Origin: a virus
Strand: one strand, 5' to 3'
IMG/VR virus record: IMGVR_UViG_3300025131_000548
Length of the DNA stretch: 20,392 nt
In this document: piece after piece, positions 15,884-20,392 of the stretch
Layout of the letters: each line of letters begins with the position of its first letter
Numbering within the stretch: the first letter of the stretch is position 1
The notes under the pieces: generated by a model
What the model saw: the letters and a program-made list of their open reading frames with translations, nothing else
The model's database searches: none
What the model was told of the DNA's origin: nothing
Translations under genes and position numbers: made by a program

Positions 15884-18107
15884 ATTACTACATAATTTTG
15901 AAGATCAAAGCAAAAGTACTATTTCTGCAGATTTTGCTATAGAGCAAGATGGAAATAGATATATTCCAAAATCCTTGCTTGTTACGTTAGATGCTACCCA
16001 TGCGGGATACAAAAATAAAAACTTTTTTTATTATGATCCCGATGCAATGCGTTATGCTGTATCTAGAGATGTGTGGACAACCCCGTATAGTAAACCCTTT
16101 TTAAAGAATCACGACTTAGACAGTGAACCCCTGGGGAGAGTTAAAGCAGCCAGATTTATTGATTCTACGGAAGGTGCTGGGTTTACACAATTAGATGTAT
16201 TAGTTACAGATAGTGATGCTATTGAAAAAATTATTGATGGACGTTATTTAACTGTTTCTACTCATGGTGCTCCTTTAAGAGACGCTGCCAGTGATTTTAA
16301 TTTTACTCAATGTTCTATATGTAATATTAATTTAAATGTAGAAGAATATTGTGGACATAGTAGAGGACGTATTTATGAAGATGATGAAGGTATTGAAAAA
16401 CAATGTTATTGGAGAGTAGGTGCTTTGGATTATAAAGAAGTTTCTCTTGTGAATACCCCCGCAGATAATGATGGTACAACTGCAGCTCAGATTACTTCCA
16501 TATCTATGGTTGATGGGGAAAGACCTGCGGATCCTTGTGTTGGAGATGAATGTAAAGTCCAAACAAGTTTAGTATTTGTGGACTCTGATGTTAGATATGC
16601 TGATGAATCTTTTTTACTTGCATGTGATTTACTAGCTGAATTACTAGTAGCAAATAGAGTATTATGGGAAAGTGTAAAATATGATAAGCAAGCTTATATT
16701 GATAAAAAAGGATTAGTATATGATGAAGATTTAGTTTTATCTAGATTAGAAGAGGATGAACTAAATAAAATAAAAGATGAAGATGAATGTGAGAAATTAC
16801 TAAGTCTAACAGATATAGACTGGGATGAATTAGAGGCATTACTAGATGAAGAAATGGGTGATGCAAAATTATCTAGTTCACAAAGAAAGAAACTTAAGTC
16901 ATCCACTTTTTGTGGACCTGGCCGTTCTTTTCCTGTCCCGGATTGTGCACATGTAACTGCGGCTAGGAGATTGATAGGACGCTATAAAGGCGATGGAAGT
17001 AAATCAGCTATACTTGCATGTGTTTCTAGAAAAGCAAATCAACTAGGTTGTAAATCTAGTAAAAAAGATGCTGAAAATGTACAAAATTTAAAAAATACGA
17101 AGCCGGATACTCCATTGGTAATTAAAGATGATTCAAAAATGGAAGATTCGTCAAATGATAAAGAAAAGAATTATTATGATGCCAGCTCAAAGCAGCATCA
17201 ACATAATGAAAAAGCCGATGAGCAGATTCAAATAGATTTAATATTTGAATCCTTAACTGACATAACCTTACTTACAGGAAACAAAGCAATGAAACTAAAT
17301 GATCTTACACTTGAAAAATTACAACAAAGTATTAACGGTGCTTCTGACAAAAAATTAGACCGTATCAAGTTGTTAATAGAAAATAACAGTAAAGTGTCCG
17401 ACGATGTCAAGCAAGCTTTCCTACAAGCAATCGAAGCTGCAATACAAAGCGAGATTGCTAAAGAAGATGCTGCTGATGACACCGAAAGTACTAACAAGAA
17501 TTCTCCCGCCGATCTTGTTGAAGCTTTAAAAGTTGAAGGAATGGGTGCTTATATAGCATCTCTTAAAGACGAATCTTTTAAAGATGGATACAAGCTTGGT
17601 TATGAAGAAGCTAGTGTTGCTATTTCTCTCGAGACCTCTTCCGAAGATGAAGCGGAAGAAAAAGATCTTGAAGTAGACAATTCTAAAGAAGATTCTAAAG
17701 AAGATTCTAAAGAAGAACCTACTCAAGAAGAGAACACTCCGGAGGGAGAACAAAACACACAAGACGCTGAAGCAGACAAGAAAGAGATAGAAAATTCAAT
17801 TAAGAAAGTTCTTATTGATACTATCGTACACAGTGTGACTGCTTTACGTAAATCAGAAATTGATCTAGAAGATATTGAAACTTCCCAGAAAAGCTATAGA
17901 GCTACTTTGGAAGATAAAGATCTTGACGAACTAAGAGACCTCTATAAGGAATTGGAGAAAGATATGCTTACTGCATTCGTTAACGTTCCTACAGAATCCT
18001 TAGAAAAAGAGACACTTTCTGAAGACAAGCCGCAAGGCTTAGACAATGATGAAAAGCCTATGAGCGATACTAAAAAAATAATTTCATCTTATTTTAAATC
18101 TAAATAA
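15876..18107 (+). CDS. Prohead maturation protease fused to an acidic scaffold region
   Basis: N-terminal DATHAG, KPFLKNHD, PLGRV, IIDGRYLTVS and KEVSLVNTPAD motifs with a CSIC...CGH Zn-like insert. Long acidic coiled-coil C-terminus. Confidence 0.88.
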   Translation: MSKLLHNFEDQSKSTISADFAIEQDGNRYIPKSLLVTLDATHAGYKNKNFFYYDPDAMRYAVSRDVWTTPYSKPFLKNHDLDSEPLGRVKAARFIDSTEGAGFTQLDVLVTDSDAIEKIIDGRYLTVSTHGAPLRDAASDFNFTQCSICNINLNVEEYCGHSRGRIYEDDEGIEKQCYWRVGALDYKEVSLVNTPADNDGTTAAQITSISMVDGERPADPCVGDECKVQTSLVFVDSDVRYADESFLLACDLLAELLVANRVLWESVKYDKQAYIDKKGLVYDEDLVLSRLEEDELNKIKDEDECEKLLSLTDIDWDELEALLDEEMGDAKLSSSQRKKLKSSTFCGPGRSFPVPDCAHVTAARRLIGRYKGDGSKSAILACVSRKANQLGCKSSKKDAENVQNLKNTKPDTPLVIKDDSKMEDSSNDKEKNYYDASSKQHQHNEKADEQIQIDLIFESLTDITLLTGNKAMKLNDLTLEKLQQSINGASDKKLDRIKLLIENNSKVSDDVKQAFLQAIEAAIQSEIAKEDAADDTESTNKNSPADLVEALKVEGMGAYIASLKDESFKDGYKLGYEEASVAISLETSSEDEAEEKDLEVDNSKEDSKEDSKEEPTQEENTPEGEQNTQDAEADKKEIENSIKKVLIDTIVHSVTALRKSEIDLEDIETSQKSYRATLEDKDLDELRDLYKELEKDMLTAFVNVPTESLEKETLSEDKPQGLDNDEKPMSDTKKIISSYFKSK
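17289..18107 (+). CDS. Putative nested scaffolding protein from an internal in-frame start (272 aa)
   Basis: AGGA (17276-17279) precedes the in-frame ATG M472. The downstream part is acidic and helical and visibly richer in C-ending codons. Confidence 0.45.
   Translation: MKLNDLTLEKLQQSINGASDKKLDRIKLLIENNSKVSDDVKQAFLQAIEAAIQSEIAKEDAADDTESTNKNSPADLVEALKVEGMGAYIASLKDESFKDGYKLGYEEASVAISLETSSEDEAEEKDLEVDNSKEDSKEDSKEEPTQEENTPEGEQNTQDAEADKKEIENSIKKVLIDTIVHSVTALRKSEIDLEDIETSQKSYRATLEDKDLDELRDLYKELEKDMLTAFVNVPTESLEKETLSEDKPQGLDNDEKPMSDTKKIISSYFKSK
17681..17716 (+). repeat. Three perfect 12-nt tandem repeats (ttctaaagaaga) encoding SKED units
   Basis: Copies at 17681, 17693 and 17705. Confidence 0.9.
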
Positions 18108-18110
18108 ATT

Positions 18111-18116
18111 AGGAGA
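18111..18116 (+). promoter_or_regulatory. Shine-Dalgarno site of the head decoration gene
   Basis: AGGAGA 8 nt upstream of the ATG at 18125. Confidence 0.75.
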
Positions 18117-18124
18117 CCTATAAA

Positions 18125-19102
18125 ATGGCTAAACTTAATTTTACTGCACAAACTGGAAGAACACGAGCACTAAAACGCTCTCCTTCCAAATATGCGTTGT
18201 CCGCAGGACGCCCAAATATCAGTCAATCTGATGGCATACGTCCAGCATTTCCACTACAGCCTTTTTCAGAACTAGCTGCAAAATTTCAGGATACAAATAC
18301 CCAGGATTGGGTTGTTATTCCGAAAGGCCGCGCTGTTTCTGCGATTACCCCAAATGATGGAGCTCATTTCGCTACTGATGATGATTTCTATGGCGTTGGG
18401 AGAGGCGTATTAGCATTGATGGTTCCATCAAGCGGTGGATATGTCTGGGAAGCTGCTGTCGGTGGTTTTACACAAAGTGCTGATCACGCACCAATTGGTG
18501 TTGTAGAGCACGATGTATACCAAGATATTAGAGGCGACAACTTAAACTACGACATGCGTAATAAAAACTGGGGAGTTATGGCTCGTCAGTTGATTAAATT
18601 ACCTGCCGTTGATCTTGATGAATGGGATACCCAGACATTAGGAGAATTTGTTGCTGCTGAATCACCCCTTCCCCCTGTAGCTGCTGAAACTGGAGCAGGG
18701 TATGTTGCATGTGAAAAGAAATATTCTTTCCTTTCATATAATGGTAGTTCCGAAGGACAAGCTGGAATGGCAATTTCCGCAGATTACTACGGAAATATGC
18801 AATCCATGAAAGCCGCGCAATTAGCGCAGGGCAATCAGAAAATTGGTTATCTGATGGGTATTGATTATCGATTCCCTAAAGATCTGTTGGATACAGTACA
18901 AAACCCTTATGAACCTGAAGGTGCATATAGGGTAGCCGGAACAGGAACAAAAGGCGTGCCACAATTCCTGTATGACTTTGCATATGAAGCACTAAGCGGT
19001 GCCTCTTATGACTTTGGCGCAAACGATCCTGCTACAAAAATAAAAGCACTCTGCGATGCAGGTGTTTTTGGCGAAGCATGGATCCAAATTAATGTAAGCT
19101 AA
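18125..19102 (+). CDS. Probable head decoration / minor capsid protein
   Basis: 325 aa between the protease and the MCP, with a strong SD and beta-rich motifs WVVIPKGRAVS and PIGVVEHDVYQ. The position is typical of capsid cement genes. Confidence 0.6.
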   Translation: MAKLNFTAQTGRTRALKRSPSKYALSAGRPNISQSDGIRPAFPLQPFSELAAKFQDTNTQDWVVIPKGRAVSAITPNDGAHFATDDDFYGVGRGVLALMVPSSGGYVWEAAVGGFTQSADHAPIGVVEHDVYQDIRGDNLNYDMRNKNWGVMARQLIKLPAVDLDEWDTQTLGEFVAAESPLPPVAAETGAGYVACEKKYSFLSYNGSSEGQAGMAISADYYGNMQSMKAAQLAQGNQKIGYLMGIDYRFPKDLLDTVQNPYEPEGAYRVAGTGTKGVPQFLYDFAYEALSGASYDFGANDPATKIKALCDAGVFGEAWIQINVS

Positions 19103-19162
19103 CATAGATTATTCTATGACTTACATGACTAATAATGCAAGAACTCCTTTGAGAGAGTCTGC
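19092..19162 (+). promoter_or_regulatory. Two adjacent predicted hairpins in the decoration-MCP intergenic region
   Basis: ATGTAAG (19092-19098) pairs with CTTACAT (19120-19126), enclosing CATAGA-TTAT-TCTATG. A second, imperfect stem GCAAGAACTC/GAGTCTGC spans 19137-19162. Confidence 0.4.
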
Positions 19163-19181
19163 TTTAGAAGTGCTTTTAATT

Positions 19182-19186
19182 GGAGA
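19182..19186 (+). promoter_or_regulatory. Shine-Dalgarno site of the major capsid gene
   Basis: GGAGA 9 nt upstream of the ATG at 19196. Confidence 0.75.
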
Positions 19187-19195
19187 CTAAAAACA

Positions 19196-20392
19196 ATGAA
19201 AGTAACCAAGCGAACATCAAAGCAGGCTCAAGCTCAGAAGTTGATTTATGACATCTTTACCAACAATGGTATGGTTGGTGTTGAGACGGAAGATAGAGAC
19301 AATCTGCAATTGCATTTCGAATTTAAAGATGTTTTCAATATTGATAGACAGATGGAAGGTGAAGGAATAGGCGACTTTAAAGACGTCTTTTTTACCGAAG
19401 ATCTCACTCGTTATATTGGAACAACTGTTACTCGTTTAGTGCAAGAAGCAATCGAACCAGAATTACTTGTCATTCCCAATTTGTTTAAACAAATTGCATA
19501 TGAAGGACCAGGTCGTTCTGTCGAAATTGGCTCTGTTGGCGCGTTTCACGCTGCGGAAATTCCTGAAGGTCAGGAATATCCTGAAGCTGACTTTTCCTAC
19601 GGGGAAGGTTATATCATGCAGCTGGGAATCAACAAACATGGCTTGAAACTTCGTGTTACTCAAGAAGTGCTCGATGACAACCTGTTTGACGTATTTGGCA
19701 TGTGGCTAAATATGGCTGGTCGTGCGTTAGCGCGACACAAAGAAGAATACGGTATTGCCCTTATGAACGATATGGGTATTTCCGTATTTGATAACTCTGC
19801 TGCTGCAGCAACGGATAGCGAACTAGGATATACAAATGGCCGCGGTATTGACGGTGCATTTAATGGTTCTATGACCATTAATGACATTTTTGATATGTGG
19901 GTATATGGATATCTTCGTGGATTTAATTATGATACATTATTGATTAATCCTCTGGCATGGAAAATTTTTATGAACGATCCTAAAACCAGAGAAATATTAT
20001 TCTCTAATGGCGTAATATCCTCAAATCGCACTCCTGCTGGAAGCGGAGCCTCTACTTTTGGCTCCAGCTTTGGACAACTAGGCTATCAACCAGATCCTAC
20101 CGGTAATGATTATAACAATCTTACCGCGGCTCAAGTTGCTGGACCTAATCCATTTGTACAGACTCTTAACCCGTTAGGTGCATCCTTTAACATTGCACCT
20201 CGCTATTTACCTTCTCCTTTGAAGGTTATCGTTTCACCGCACGTTGGATATCGTGCAGCTACAGGGCCCGGCGCAGCCGCGGTTAAAGTAGCTGATGTCA
20301 TTATGGCCGATTCCCAAAATTGTGGTTTATTGATGACTAAAGAAGGCGTATCTATCGATGAATGGAGAGATCCAGAACGCGATATCCGCGCA
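19196..20392 (+). CDS. Major capsid protein (HK97-fold), 3'-truncated; not in the ORF track
   Basis: Open for 399 codons to the window end: MKVTKRTSKQ...VQEAIEPELLV...AAEIPEGQEYPE...INKHGLKLRVTQEVLDDNLFDVFGMWLNMAGRALARHKEE. Has an SD and the canonical position after the protease and decoration genes. Confidence 0.9.
   Translation, partial: MKVTKRTSKQAQAQKLIYDIFTNNGMVGVETEDRDNLQLHFEFKDVFNIDRQMEGEGIGDFKDVFFTEDLTRYIGTTVTRLVQEAIEPELLVIPNLFKQIAYEGPGRSVEIGSVGAFHAAEIPEGQEYPEADFSYGEGYIMQLGINKHGLKLRVTQEVLDDNLFDVFGMWLNMAGRALARHKEEYGIALMNDMGISVFDNSAAAATDSELGYTNGRGIDGAFNGSMTINDIFDMWVYGYLRGFNYDTLLINPLAWKIFMNDPKTREILFSNGVISSNRTPAGSGASTFGSSFGQLGYQPDPTGNDYNNLTAAQVAGPNPFVQTLNPLGASFNIAPRYLPSPLKVIVSPHVGYRAATGPGAAAVKVADVIMADSQNCGLLMTKEGVSIDEWRDPERDIRA

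Noticed and set aside
1908-19887. All minus-strand ORFs in the track
   Set aside because: Each lies antisense to a well-supported + strand gene and has no recognisable motif; they are typical antisense shadows.
1-20392. tRNA, rRNA, integrase or tail genes
   Set aside because: None recognised; the intergenic gaps are too short for tRNAs except 19103-19195, which lacks a cloverleaf.

Overview
A + strand, densely packed late (morphogenesis) region of an AT-rich tailed dsDNA bacteriophage, probably with a large genome. The core order is: intein-containing terminase large subunit (9266-11605), a 723-aa unknown, portal (13776-15539), a tandem Com-like Zn-ribbon protein, prohead protease/scaffold (15876-18107), a probable head decoration protein, and the major capsid protein (19196 to past the window end, absent from the ORF track). 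Upstream is a cluster of host-like protein-biogenesis genes: GroES, a ClpP-like protease whose catalytic Asp appears replaced by Thr, a peptide-deformylase-fold protein lacking HExxH, and a 54-aa ribosomal protein bS21 (8368-8532, absent from the ORF track). Between bS21 and the terminase lies a free-standing ORF that reads as a whole but catalytically dead intein (Hint-N, decayed LAGLIDADG-like core, Hint-C). The window opens in the 3' end of a collagen-like repeat gene. All assignments are by-eye motif recognition; no searches were run.
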